Shown here one piece after another: positions 51,615 through 63,776 of a DNA stretch of 64,000 nucleotides. The DNA comes from Macrostomum lignano (lineage: Eukaryota), in assembly GCA_002269645.1 (NCBI GenBank), contig NIVC01002089.1:1-64000 (forward strand), in the 5' to 3' direction. The translations under genes and the position numbers were made by a program. The notes under the pieces are model-generated. The model ran no database searches. It had not been told where the DNA came from and was given only the letters and a program-made list of their open reading frames with translations. Position 1 is the stretch's first letter. Each line of letters begins with the position of its first letter.

Positions 51615-51945
51615 CTGACTGACCCACTGTCAGTTGATCAGAACACTGACCCACACCTGACTGACCCACTGTCAGTTGATCAGAACACTGACCCATTTCC
51701 AGTTGATCAGAACACTGACCCACACCTGACTGACCCATTGTCAGTGGACCAGATCACTGACCCGATGTCTGACTGACCCATTGTCAGTGGACCAGATCAC
51801 TGACCCGATGCCTGACTGACCCATTGTCAGTGGACCAGATCACTGACCCGATGTCTGACTGACCCATTGTCAGTGGACCAGATCACTGACCTATTTCCAG
51901 TTGATCAGAACACTGACCCACACCTGACTGACCCCATTGTCAGTC
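51615..51945. repeat. ~43-bp minisatellite 3' of the GRIN_C gene
   Basis: CTGACTGACCCATTGTCAGTGGACCAGATCACTGACCCGATGT and variants. Confidence 0.9.
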
Positions 51946-52387
51946 AATGCTGAAACAGTCGCACTCTGAAAATAGTATTAATTGATTTACTTGAAATTGA
52001 GACCACTTGGAATGCATATTACAAATTTGAGAAAATAAATTTGGGAAGGTATTGTTCAACTGTGTAGTTGCTTAAAATAAAAGAAGATTACTATAACTGA
52101 CTAAAAGAGTCTTTTGTATGTGTTTTGCGTACAGAAGTGACTTCATATTTGGTGTCTTCATAGATCATACTGATTGGATCAAATGGCAAAGTATTGAAAT
52201 ATATTTCTTTAAATAGTCTGCATTTTGTTGACTGACATAGCTACTCGTAGATATCAGAGAGGCAAATGAGAGATGCGATCGAGTCACCTTGTTGAACAAA
52301 ATTATATTCATTTTAAACAAGTCGCAAAAAGTACATTTTTTGTTAGTTAGTCAAGAGGCTACTGTCTTTGCTGTCTATGTTGTTTTG

Positions 52388-52590
52388 GGTAGTCAGGAGT
52401 CTAGTTGGATAGTCAGGAGTCTAGTTGGGTAGTCAGGAGTCTAGTTGGGTAGTCAGGAGTCTAGTTGGATAGTCAGGAGTCTAGTTGGGTAGTCAGGAGT
52501 CTAGTTGGGTAGTCAGGAGTCTAGTTGGATAGTCAGGAGTCTAGTTGGGTAGTCAGGAGTCTAGTTGGGTAGTCAGGAGTCTAGTTGGCA
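52388..52590. repeat. 20-bp minisatellite (about 10 copies)
   Basis: AGTCAGGAGTCTAGTTGG(G/A)T. Confidence 0.95.
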
Positions 52591-53479
52591 GCCTAGAATG
52601 TCCCGAAGCACGTCACGAAAAAGTAACCAACGCTTGCTACTAATAAAGAGTAGTCACATTTGCTTATTATGATACGAATGGTTTAATATTAATCAGCAAT
52701 AAAATACAACTTTTTGATGATGCGAATCCATGGATCAGATGCGGTACGGATTGCGGATTAGTGCAGGGCTGACTGCAAAGTCCCTGATAAGCCTGCTGAT
52801 TGCAGTCACGGAGCTCACTGCTGTTGTCATCATTCTGGGATCGAATGTGGAACATACATTAATTTTCTGAGGATTTGCGAACCCTCCCAGCTATTCGTAC
52901 GAGTGCAGAGTATGTTTTTTATCTCAGTGCGAAAATTATGTCCCAACTTCATGATATCTGCCTGGTATTGAGCTTCAAAATTGTTAATTGAATGAATTGA
53001 GATCAGGATCAGGTTGAATGAGATTGAGGGTGGGGTGAGATGAGATTGAGAGTAGTGTGAGATGGGATTGAGAATGGGGTGACATGAGATTGAGAATTAG
53101 ATAAAATGAGATTGAGAATGGGACGAGAGGGAAAAGATGATACGAGTCTCTTAAACCCAATCTAATTTGTCTAATCTCATTTGTGTGCACCTCACCAATA
53201 TTAATGCAAGATTATCCAATCGAATGCTCATTAGGTAAATTGCTCTCTAGGCGAAACGAATTTATCTGAGTTTTGAATCCAAAAAGCCATTCGGCCATCA
53301 AATTGGATGACGGATTGCAATCTAGAGACTGGACTCCTCCGCTGTCAAATATCGGATTGAGATTTTCTCTTCAATAAGATGAGTTGGACGTGCCACACTC
53401 AATTGCCAAAGTGAGCCTGATTGTCCATCCCATTTCCAACCTCTCACATCCCTAGGGTGCCTGCCTCCATCCTTTATCC

Positions 53480-53910
53480 TGTCCTCTCTCTCTCCCTCTC
53501 TACCTCTCTCCGCTCACTGATATACCTCTCTCCCCTCTCTACCTCTCTCCCCTCTCTACCTCTCTCCCTTCTCTACCTCTCTCCCCTCTCTACCTCTCTC
53601 CACTCTCTACCTCTCTCCCCTCTCTACCTCTCTCCCCTCTCTACCTCTCTCCCCTCTCTACCTCTCTCCCCTCTCTACCTCTCTCCCCTCTCTACCTCTC
53701 TCCCCTCTCTACCTCTATCCCCTCACTGATATACCTCTCTCCCCTCTCTACCTCTCTCCCCTCTCTATCTCTCTCCCCTCTCTACCTCTCTCCCCTCTCT
53801 ACCTCTCTCCCCTCTCTACCTCTCTCCCCTCTCTACCTCTCTCCCCTCTCTACCTCTCTCCCCTCTCTCCCTCTCTCCCCTCTCTCCCTCTCTCCCCTCT
53901 CTACCTCTCT
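53480..53910. repeat. Pyrimidine-rich 17-bp repeat
   Basis: TACCTCTCTCCCCTCTC tandem copies. Confidence 0.93.
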
Positions 53911-54184
53911 TTACTCTCCTATAGCTTCTCCGGTCTGCACGACATGCCGCATTGGCAGGGACCAATCCCATTGCATTTCTCCCAATATTAGTCGCCCACT
54001 CAGCCAGTCAGCTTGAAGGATTCCAGTCAATAAATTGTTCAGGTCGTGGGAAAGAATCCGCAGCCCCAGTGATAAAGTTTTCCGGAATAGAAGCACAACT
54101 GATTTCAAACATTACTGTGAAAAGATTGCTCAACGAGTGCTGAGGAATCGGTAAGTATGAGCTCATTGAGGAATAAATTAGAAG

Positions 54185-54860
54185 GGGGAGAAGAAGGGAG
54201 GGAGAGGAGTGAGAGAGAGAGGGATAGAGGGGAGAGAGGGAGAAAGACGGAGGGAGGGAGAGAGGGAGAGTGGGAGAGAGGGATAGAGGGAGGGAGGGAG
54301 AGAGGGAGAGAGGGAGAGTGGGAGGGAGGGAGAGAGGGAGAGTGGGAGAGTGGGAGAGTGGGAGAGAGGGAGGGAGGGAGAGAGGGAGAGTGGGAGGGAG
54401 GGAGAGAGGGAGGAAGGGAGAGAGGGAGAGTGGGAGAGTGGGAGAGAGGGAGAGTGGGAGAGTGGGAGAGTGGGAGAGAGGGAGGGAGGGAGAGAGGGAG
54501 AGTGGGAGGGAGGGAGAGAGGGAGGAAGGGAGAGAGGGAGAGTGGGAGAGTGGGAGAGAGGGAGAGTGGGAGGGAGGGAGAGAGGGAGAGTGGGAGAGAG
54601 GGAGAGAGGGAGGGAGGGAGAGAGGGAGAGTGGGAGAGAGGGAGAGTGGGAGAGAGGGAGAGTGGGAGAGAGGGAGAGTGGGAGAGAGGGAGAGTGGGAG
54701 AGAGGGAGAGAGAGATTGAGAGAGGGAGAGAGGGAGAGAGGGAGAGAGGGAGAGAGGGAGAGAGGGAGAGAGGGAGAGAGGGAGAGAGGGAGAGTAAGAG
54801 AGAGGAAGAGAGGGAGAGTGGGAGAGAGGGAGAGAGGGAGAGAGGGAGAGAGGGAGAGAG
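54185..54860. repeat. Polypurine (GA-rich) tract
   Basis: GGGAGAGAGGGAGAGT-type units. Confidence 0.95.
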
Positions 54861-55354
54861 AATTATCATAGATAATTATGGTTCAGCTGCACAACTCTCA
54901 GGCAGCTCATGAGCAGCAAAATGAGAAGGCTGCTACAATGGCAAACCGTGCAGATCTCACCGGAAGCCAGCAGTTTTCGCTACAAGAAATGCAGCATAGG
55001 CGTCCAGTGAAATCTGCACAGAAACCCTGACAGCGCTCCCAAGAGTGGGAGAATTCATTACTCGAACTTCCGGTGATTTCAGCCAATGTGCCCTGTCTCA
55101 ATAATCCATTTTTCTGCTAGTCCATTCTCTCTCTCTTTCAGAGCGCTGTTAGTACTCGTATATCTTGCCTGTCTCAGTTGGTTTACATAGCCTTGTTTTC
55201 ACACCAAGTCACGAGGCGCAAGTGGCACAGGTTGGCTGCAACACTTTATAGTTATTGACCCAGCTAGCATTGTTGCCATGCAATTTAAGAGTGTGAGACA
55301 GTTGTTGAACTGTTAATATTTATGAAATACGGAGCTCTTTATGGGCCAATCTGC

Positions 55355-56215
55355 CTCCCCCTCCCCCTCTCCCTCTCTCCCTCGCTCCCACTCTCCCTCT
55401 CTCCCTCTCTCCCTCTCTCCCTCTCTCCCCTCCCTCTCTCCCTCTCTCCCACTCTCCCTCTCTTCCTCTCTCCCTCTCTCCCTCTCTCCCACTCTCCCTC
55501 TCTCCCACTCTCCCTCTCTCCCTCTCTCCCACTCTCCCTCTCTCCCTCTCTCCCACTCTCCCTCTCTCCCTCTCTGAATCTCTTCCTCTCTCCCACTCTC
55601 CCTCTCTCCCACTCTCCCTCTCTCCCACTCTCCCTCTCTCCCTCTCTCCCACTCTCCCTCTCTCCCTCTCTTCCTCTCTCTTACTCTCCTTCTCTCCCTC
55701 TCTCCCTCTCTCCCACTCTCCCTCTCTCCGTCTCTCCCTCTCTCCCTCTCTCCCACTCTCCCTCTCTCCCTCTCTCCCACTCTCCCTCTCTCCCACTCTC
55801 CCACTCTCCCTTTCTACCACTCTCCCTCTCTTCCTCTCTCTTACTCTCCTTCTCTCCCTCTCTCCCTCTCTCTCTCTCTCCCTCCCTCCCTCTCTCCCAC
55901 TCTCCCTCTCTCCCTCTCTCCCACTCTCCCACTCTCCCTCTCTCCCTCTCTCCCACTCTCCCTCTCTCCCTCTCTCCCACTCTCCCTCTCTCCCACTCTC
56001 CCACTCTCCCTCTCTCCCACTCTCCCTCTCTCCCACTCTCCCACTCTCCCTCTCTACCACTCTCCCTCTCTTCCTCTCTCTTACTCTCCTTCTCTCCCTC
56101 TCTCCCTCTCTCTCTCTCTCCCTCCCTCCCTCTCTCCCACTCTCCCTCTCTCCCTCTCTCCCACTCTCTCACTCTCCCTCTCTCCCTCTCTCCCACTCTC
56201 CCTCTCTCCCTCTCT
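55355..56215. repeat. Polypyrimidine tract, reverse-complement family of 54185-54860
   Basis: ACTCTCCCTCTCTCCC units, including the rarer CTCTCTTCCTCTCTCTTACTCTCC variant found in inverse orientation near 54790. Confidence 0.95.
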
Positions 56216-56689
56216 TCTTCTCCACCTTACTCGCCATCATTAAATATAATATCACTTTTCCCAGTTCCAGGCCGGCCGCAGTCCAAAGTTCGCCCCTGAA
56301 ACATTTCGAGCAGAAACATGCAATTGTTGCAGTCCAGGCCTTTAATTCTGTAGGCGGGTTGTCAGGAGGCAAAAATTCAACATCAAGAGGGAAGAAGTCT
56401 TTTTTGAAAACAAGAAAACGACTTTGCATTCCGCTGCTACTTGCGTTAAAAGAAGTAAAAAATTGCGAAAGAAAGTCGGCGGCAATAAAAACCTGGGACA
56501 TTTTTTCCGTGTTTTATTGCAACCGAAGTAGGAGCTGCTTGCAATGCTTGCCTGCACTGTAGCCGTTCTCTCCGGCCCGAATTCGCAAATAAACGCCGCT
56601 AGACATTGGGCACCGAGGACTGAAGCTGGCTGAGAGACTCGAACTGGATGCCAGAAATTGCAGATTCGTAAGGCGCCCCCAGACCAAAA

Positions 56690-56985
56690 GAGGCGCACTA
56701 GACAGACACAATCAGGCGCCCTAGACAGACACAATCAGGCGCCTAAGACAGACCCAATCAGGCGCCCTAGACAGACCCAATCAGGCGCCCTAGACAGACC
56801 CAATCAGGCGCCTAAGACAGACCCAATCAGGCGCCTAAGACAGACTCAATCAGGCGCCTAAGACAGACCCAATCAGGCGCACTAGACAGACCCAATCAGG
56901 CGCCTAAGACAGACTCAATCAGGCGCACTAGACAGAATCAATCAGGCGCACTAGACAGAATCAATCAGGCGCACTAGACAGACCT
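56690..56985. repeat. 22-23 bp minisatellite
   Basis: AATCAGGCGCCCTAGACAGACCC and variants. Confidence 0.93.
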
Positions 56986-58097
56986 ATAGACATGGCTCCA
57001 TCAACGGTTCATAAATACGGCAGAATTGGGCCTGAAATCTGCAGAAAAACAACTGAAAAGGGCATTGAAAATGATCAGAGCCTGCATAAGATGAAATGAA
57101 TTGCAGGTAGGCGTCACACAGTTCCTTCTGAACAGACGGCCCGCCTGCAGGTCACAGTGCAGTGTCAGGGCAGCCATATTAAACCGAAGTCTCAATCAGC
57201 CGCATGGTGCACTTTTACATCCCATGCCCGACGGTAGGGTTCGCCTTATCAGCGGTGCCGATCTCGAACACCCCCGGGCCTACCCTTCAAGCGGGCATCA
57301 AAGTCAATCTAATCTGCAGTCCAAAACTGCATCTCTGCTGAAAGCGCCGATTTAGGGATCTTTGGGAATCGGGGGGGGGGGAGAAGGGTTTAAATGGGAT
57401 GGGAACGAAATTTCGGGATAAAAATCCCTGCAAAGCCGGCCCACCTTGCGCTGCATGCGGGCTTGGCCTTCGAACTGGCAGCAAAAGCACAGTTGAAGAA
57501 GCAGACTTCGAACTGGAAGCAGCAAACCAGCGGATGTCTGCAGGCTGGCTAAAGGACCCCCACCTGCCCATCTCTCCTCCCGGGAAAAATAGATTGGGGG
57601 AAAAGGGAGGAAAAATCCCATCGAAGCATATCCCATACAGACAAATTTGTGCCCAGAGAGTCGCTTTGGAACCCCCGGCGAGGCTGAAGGCAACCATCCC
57701 CCGGGCTTTTCAGGAATTCAACCGGAGCGGCAGCAGCAGCAATCAGCTGGGGGGGGGGGAGGGGGCTGCTGCTTTTTGTGGCCGTTTGGCCTCCTTCTTC
57801 AACCTTTGCGATTTTGGTCCAGTTTTGCTCTGCAGTAGCTGGCGGGCACTGATAAACACAGATTGCTGGCCAACTACTGCTTTTGTACCTGCGGTGGGCA
57901 ATTTTGGAGGGGGGGCTTCAGACCTGCCCTGGCCCGCCCTCCGCTGCCGTTCCGAACCCATGCGCGTCTTAATTCTGGCTGCTGCTGATAAAATAACTGG
58001 CGCAGTCAGTAGTATGTGCTGGGCATTGCGACTCGGTCCAATTGTACCCCTTGTCTGCCTCTGTAGCTACTTGATGGCTACCTGTGTCTCAGTCACA

Positions 58098-59110
58098 GTC
58101 TCCCTCTCTCTTCTCTGTCTCCCTCTCTCTTCTCAGTCTCCCTCTCTCTTCTCAGTCTTCCTCTCTCTTCTCAGTCTCCCTCTCTCTTCTCAGTCTTCCT
58201 CTCTCTTCTCAGTCTCCCTCTCTCTTCTCAGTCTCCCTCTCTCTTCTCAGTCTCCCTCTCTCTTCTCAGTCTCCCTCTCTCTTCTCAGTCTCCCTCTCTC
58301 TTCTCAGTCTCCCTCTCTCTTCTCAGTCTTCCTCTCTCTTCTCAGTCTCCCTCTCTCTTCTCAGTCTTCCTCTCTCTTCTCAGTCTCCCTCTCTCTTCTC
58401 AGTCTCCCTCTCTCTTCTCTGTCTCCCTCTCTCTTCTCTGTCTCCCTCTCTCTTCTCAGTCTCCCTCTCTCTTCTCAGTCTCCCTCTCTCTTCTCAGTCT
58501 CCCTCTCTCTTCTCAGTCTCCCTCTCTCTTCTCAGTCTTCCTCTCTCTTCTCAGTCTCCCTCTCTCTTCTCAGTCTCCCTCTCTCTTCTCAGTCTCCCTC
58601 TCTCTTCTCAGTCTCCCTCTCTCTTCTCAGTCTCCCTCTCTCTTCTCAGTCTTCCTCTCTCTTCTCAGTCTCCCTCTCTCTTCTCAGTCTTCCTCTCTCT
58701 TCTCAGTCTCCCTCTCTCTTCTCAGTCTCCCTCTCTCTTCTCAGTCTCCCTCTCTCTTCTCAGTCTCCCTCTCTCTTCTCAGTCTCCCTCTCTCTTCTCA
58801 GTCTTCCTCTCTCTTCTCAGTCTCCCTCTCTCTTCTCAGTCTCCCTCTCTCTTCTCAGTCTTCCTCTCTCTTCTCAGTCTCCCTCTCTCTTCTCAGTCTT
58901 CCTCTCTCTTCTCAGTCTCCCTCTGTCTTCTCAGTCTCCCTCTCTCTTCTCAGTCTCCCTCTCTCTTCTCAGTCTTCCTCTCTCTTCTCAGTCTCCCTCT
59001 CTCTTCTCAGTCTCCCTCTCTCTTCTCAGTCTCCCTCTCTCTTCTCAGTCTCCCTCTCTCTTCTCAGTCTCCCTCTCTCTTCTTAGTCTCCCTCTCTCTT
59101 CTCAGTCTCC
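58098..59110. repeat. 19-bp pyrimidine-rich minisatellite
   Basis: TCTCAGTCT(C/T)CCTCTCTCT, about 50 copies. Confidence 0.96.
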
Positions 59111-59421
59111 CTCTCTCCTCTCCTCCATCTCACTCTCACTCTCCCCTCTCTATTCTCTCCATCTCCATCGCACTCTCTCTCCTCACTCTCCTGTCTCTGC
59201 TTCTCAGTCTCTCTCTTCTCTCTCTTTCTCACCTGCATCCCTCCTCTTCTTTTCAGTCTCCATCTCTTGTCTATCTCTCTTCATCTCTTTCTCCCTTTCT
59301 CTCTTCTTTCATTTCTCTCGACCATTTCCTTTCCGGAATCCACAACGATGCATTCGCATTCCAGCTAATAAATTTTGTAACTTTAACGTAATTTTCAGCT
59401 ACGAAAATAATTGCCAACACA

Positions 59422-62400
59422 ATGCAAGTTATGCTACTGATGCTGGCCGGACTAGCAGTAGTAGTATCGATGGCAGCAGTGCTAGAAGGCTACGATGGAT
59501 TGGATCGCAAGAAACGGCAAACGCCCAGTCGATTGGTCATCGGTAACCTGCTTCTATTTATAGCTTCATTGAAATATCCCCACGTACAGTGTATATTCTA
59601 TTATTAACTCATAGGAAATAGCATTCTTGGGGGAACCTGTGAGGATCCCCTAATGCTACTTATAGTATTTTTGGAATTCCCTCTGCCTACTGTCTTGAAT
59701 CTCTATATCTTGATTCTAACTATAGCTTCCAGAGAATTCCCTCCGCATTTTTGCCTTTACGCTATTTATAGCTCTTGCGGTAACTCACGGGTGGGAATCC
59801 CTGCAAAACCCAACACGCTATTTATAGATTCAAAGAATTCCCCATGAGTGTTGGTTCTAAATATAGCTTTCTTCTTCTTCTTCCAATCGGGCGCGCTCGG
59901 GCCAGGGCCCATGGTACCGAGCGTCAGATGGCGTCCGCCTTCCCGAGGATGTTCAACACCGCGGTGCAGTTCTCGAAAGCTGTCGCGGGCTCCGGGCTTG
60001 GCCCCCAGAGGCGGCAGCGGTGTGATGTCAGGGCGGGGCAGGAGATCAGCAGATGGGCCGCCGTCTCCTCTCCATCGCCACAGAAGCGGCAGGTGGGGCC
60101 ACGTCAACGCCGATGGCGGCCTGGAAGCCCCGCAGGGCCGGGCAGCGGTCGGCGCGCAGCTGGCAAATTCGCGTGAGGTCGCTCGTCGGCGGAGGCGGCA
60201 GGCGGCCCGCCGTGCAGGCAAGGTGCCAGGCCAGCGAGCTCGTGCTCGCCGCCTCGGTGGCCGCCGCGTGGTAGGTCTGGTGCCAGCGGGCGAGGCAGTG
60301 GCGGCGGACGGCAGCCTGCGCAGCAGCCAACGGGACGAGCGCGGCGCCTTGCACCAGCGTGGAGCCTCGCTTGGCGACCTCGTCGAAGGCCTCGTTGCCG
60401 GGGATTCCCGCGTGGCCAGGCACCCACTGCAGGTGGACCGAGGTTCGGCGAGGCTGGTCCAGGTCAGCTTAGGGAGGTGTCGTCGGGACAGCGTGGACGG
60501 GCTGTCGTCCAGGCCCGCAGTGCTGCAGACGCTGGCCGCCGTCTCGCGCCAGCCGCGGGCGCTTTGGAGGCGGCGGCGCGGGCCGACGCTGGCCGCACAG
60601 GCGCGCAGCGGGTTGTCGGGCGGCAGCCTGAGGGCGCGCTCGTGGAGGAGGCCAGCGTGCATCTCCGCACGGACTGCCATCAGCGGCAGCCCAGCCTCGC
60701 GCTCCAGTACCTCCAACCTGGTGTTCCGCGGACACCCGGTGATGATGGCGCTGGGCCCGGTCCAGGTGGTCGATAGCCGTCCTGCAGACCGTCGGCATCC
60801 AAGCGCCGGCAGCGTACTCCAGCACCGGCCGCACGTAGGCCGTGTAGAGCTGGCGCACGTCGCTCTGCTTGGCGCCCCAGTTGCTGCCAGACAGCGCCGC
60901 CAGAACGCCGCAGCGGGCGCAGGCGCGGCCGGCGACGTTGGCAGCGTGCGCCGAGAAGCTGAGCAGCCGGTCCAGGACGACGCCGAGGAAGCGCGGCTGG
61001 CGGTCCGTCGAGAGCGGGGCGTCGTTCTCCGGCGGTGGTGGCGAACAGGGAAGCGGCGCACTTTTTCCATCCGCCACTCGCTCGCCCAGTCGGAGACCGC
61101 GTCGATCGCAGCCTGCGCCTTCGTCTCGGCCTTCTCCACGGTCAGGCCTTGCACTGCGATGGCCAGGTCGTCGGCGTAGAGGAACGGCGTGCAGTCGGAC
61201 GGCAGGTGGTCAGGCAGGTCGTTGATGTACAGCGCAAAAAGCAGAGGGGCAAGGACACTCCCCTGTGGCAGGCCCTCGCGGAAGAGCCGCCAGCTGCTCA
61301 GCGCGCCGTCCACCCTGACGGCAGCACGGCGATCGGCCAGGAAGCTGCTGAGCCAGCGGACGCCGGCCGCTGGGATGCCGGCGTTGTGCAGCTTGTGCAG
61401 CAGGCCCTGCTTCCAGACGATGTCGTACGCCCGCCGGAAGTTGAGCAGGACGACGACCGTCTGCCTGGCAGGGGCCGCCTGGTGGCCGTCGCTGATGAGC
61501 TGGGTGAGCCGGGCAATCTGGTCCTCGGTGCTGCGCCGCTTGCGGAAGCCGGCTTGGGCGGGGTGCAGCAGGTGCCGGGACTCGGCCCACCAGTAGAGCC
61601 GCGCTTGAACCAGACGCTCGGCCAGCTTGGCCAGGGTGGAGGTCAGGGCAATCGGCCGGTATGAGCCGATCTCGTCGGCCGGCTTGCCCTTCTTGAGGAT
61701 TGGCACGACGTGGGCACGGCGCCACGCCGCGGGGACCTCCCCCTGGGTCCAGGATGCATTGATCAGCTGCAGGACCGCCCCGTGGCCGGCAGCGCCGAGG
61801 TGCTGCATGTGTTCGGCGCAGATCTCATCGGGTCCTGGGGCCCTCCTGGCCGGGAGGGAGCCGAGAGCCCTGTCCAGCTCGCGGTGCGAGAACGGCTTTC
61901 TAAAGTCTCTGCTCCCATGGCTGTCAGCGCCGGCTCGCAAAGCGCTGCTGTGAAAGTTCTCGCGGCGGAGGTCTCGCGTCCTGCGGTCTTGCGGGAGGCG
62001 GCTGACGGCGGCATACTCACGGGCGTAGGCCTCGGCGATGTCCTTCAACTGGACGAGCGTCTTCTGGCCGTGTGTTGGGTCTCTTGCAGACACGCCACGT
62101 CGACGCGCAGGTCCAGCAGCAGCCTGCACAGGTCGGGCATCTTAAAGGCGACGCCCCCTGCGTCGTTGCAGTTGCAGGAGGTGCAGGCCACTGGGCGTTG
62201 GCCGTTGAGGCTCGGCGGGCTGGTTCAGGCGTCGGCTAGGCATTTTATCGGCGGGGTGGTTCAGGCGTCGGCTAGGCATTTTATCGGCGGGCTGGTTCAG
62301 GCGTCGGCTAGGCATTTTATCGGCGGGGTGGCCGCCAGATGCCGATTGGGCGGCGAAGAGACTGCGTTGCGGCGCTGGGCATCGGGAAGGGCCCTTTTCT

Positions 62401-63776
62401 GGCCTACATTTCGTGGGCCTTGCGGTCCCCGGAGGGCACCTCGGGGAGGCGCAGGCCGTTGCTCTCCAAATATAGCTTCCTCGGAACTCTACATCGATTG
62501 CCCAGATACTTTTATAGTACTTGTATCGATTTGGGGATAACCTTAAAAATTTTCACAATAATTAGAAAGCTTCCTCACAATTTTCTACCCCATAAAGGTG
62601 CAATCCTGGAGAGCGACGACCCGGTGTCTGAGCTGGCCCTGAAGACCGGGATCGAGGAGGCCAACCAGTACCTGAGCAGCAGCAGAACCCTGGCTGGGGT
62701 CAGTCTGATGGCATCCATAAGAAAAATCGATCGATTCGACAGCTTTCGAGCTTCGAGCGAGGGTGAGGCTGACTGCATGGCTAGCTATAAAAAGCAGGGA
62801 TCTTTGAAGAGATTCTGGAGACCCTGGTGGCGATTTTGATGGTCATTTTATGGGGAACCTTGATGGAGCGACATCGTATAGGGAATATTAATGGGTTTTG
62901 TAGGGATTCCAATTGGGATCGTAGCAGCATCTTGATGACAAACTTCACTCCTTATACGGATCTTGATAGAGATCATAATGGGGATCCTGATGGGGATCTT
63001 GACGAGGATCTTGATGGGGATCTTGATGGGGATATTGATGGGGATCTTGATGGGGGATCTTGATGGGGATCTTGATGGGGATCTTGATGGGGGATCTTGA
63101 TGGGGATCTTGATGGGGATCTTGATGGGGATCTTGATGGGGATCTTGATGGGGGATCTTGATGGGGGATCTTGATGGGGGATCTTGATGGGGGATCTTGA
63201 TGAGGATCTTGATGGGGATCTTGATGGGGATCTTGATGGGGATCTTGATGGGGATCTTGATGGGGATCTTGATGGGGATCTTGATGGGGGGATCTTGATG
63301 GGGGATCTTGATGGGGGATATTGATGGGGATCTTGATGGGGATCTTGATTCGGACATCAAGGGAAACTTGATGGGTTTCCACACAGGGATTGTTCAGCCC
63401 GAATCCCAGGATCACTCAGCTACATTGCAGTGGAACCTTCGCTTCGCTCCCATCTCCACCCCAGCCTGCCAGCTGATGCAGCAGGGCGTTCTGGCGGTGG
63501 TCGGTCCGCCATCCCCGGTAGCCTCGCAGCAGGTGCGCTCCGTGTGCGAGCACCTCGCTGTGCCGTTCATCGAAACCGCCTGGCATCATCGAGGCGGCGG
63601 CGGCGGCGGTGGCCTCGAAGGCGACAACGAGGGTCCGTACTCGGTGAACCTGAACCCGGACTACCGGACCTTCGGGCGGGCGATTCTGGACTACGTGCGC
63701 GCCATCGGGGACTGGGATCTGGCCAAGAATGAAGGCAGCCACGGCGGAGTGGCCATCGTGTACAAGGATCCCGATA
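59422..63776 (+). CDS. Ionotropic glutamate receptor (kainate/AMPA-type), N-terminal exons; gene continues beyond the window
   Basis: join(59422..59542,62598..62762,63465..63776): signal peptide, RKKR, RLVIG|[22 protein letters not shown]...[11 protein letters not shown]|[15 protein letters not shown]...[17 protein letters not shown]...YSVNLNPD; resembles the iGluR amino-terminal domain. Confidence 0.88.
62220..62330 (-). repeat. 36-bp x3 repeat containing the LINE start codon
   Basis: ATGCCTAGCCGACGCCTGAACCA(G/C)CCCGCCGATAAA, giving in-frame MPSRRLN(Q/H)PADK repeats. Confidence 0.85.
62401..62467 (-). ncRNA. HDV-like self-cleaving ribozyme (67 nt) at the LINE 5' end
   Basis: P1 GGAGAGC/GCCCUCC (one A-C mismatch), J1/2 AAC, P2 GGCCUGC/GUAGGCC, P3 GCC/GGU, L3 UCCCCGA, P1.1 CC/GG, P4 GGACC-GCAA-GGCCC, J4/2 A-C-GAAAU; G1 is the first base inside the TSD. 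Confidence 0.88.
62975..63350. repeat. 12-13 bp G-rich minisatellite in iGluR intron 2
   Basis: GATGGGGATCTT tandem copies. Confidence 0.95.

Larger units (their letters stand above)
59870..62467 (-). mobile_element. Ingi/I-type LINE with internal deletions, in iGluR intron 1
   Basis: 11-bp TSD AAATATAGCTT (59859-59869, 62468-62478); (GAA)n 3' tail; RT motifs [43 protein letters not shown]; only the N-terminus of APE (VDVACLQET) and the C-terminus of RNase H ([15 protein letters not shown]) remain. Confidence 0.93.

Noticed and set aside
54105-59546. Long ORFs of 150-715 aa (SLSP-, ERGR- and SSQSPSLF-rich)
   Set aside because: Translations of GA/CT tandem repeats that lack stop codons by composition; open in several frames and on both strands.
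59848-62540. Long plus-strand ORFs (443, 209, 276 aa)
   Set aside because: Antisense shadows of the GC-rich LINE coding sequence.
62848-63415. PHQD/IPIK repeat ORFs
   Set aside because: Translations of the 12-bp intronic repeat.
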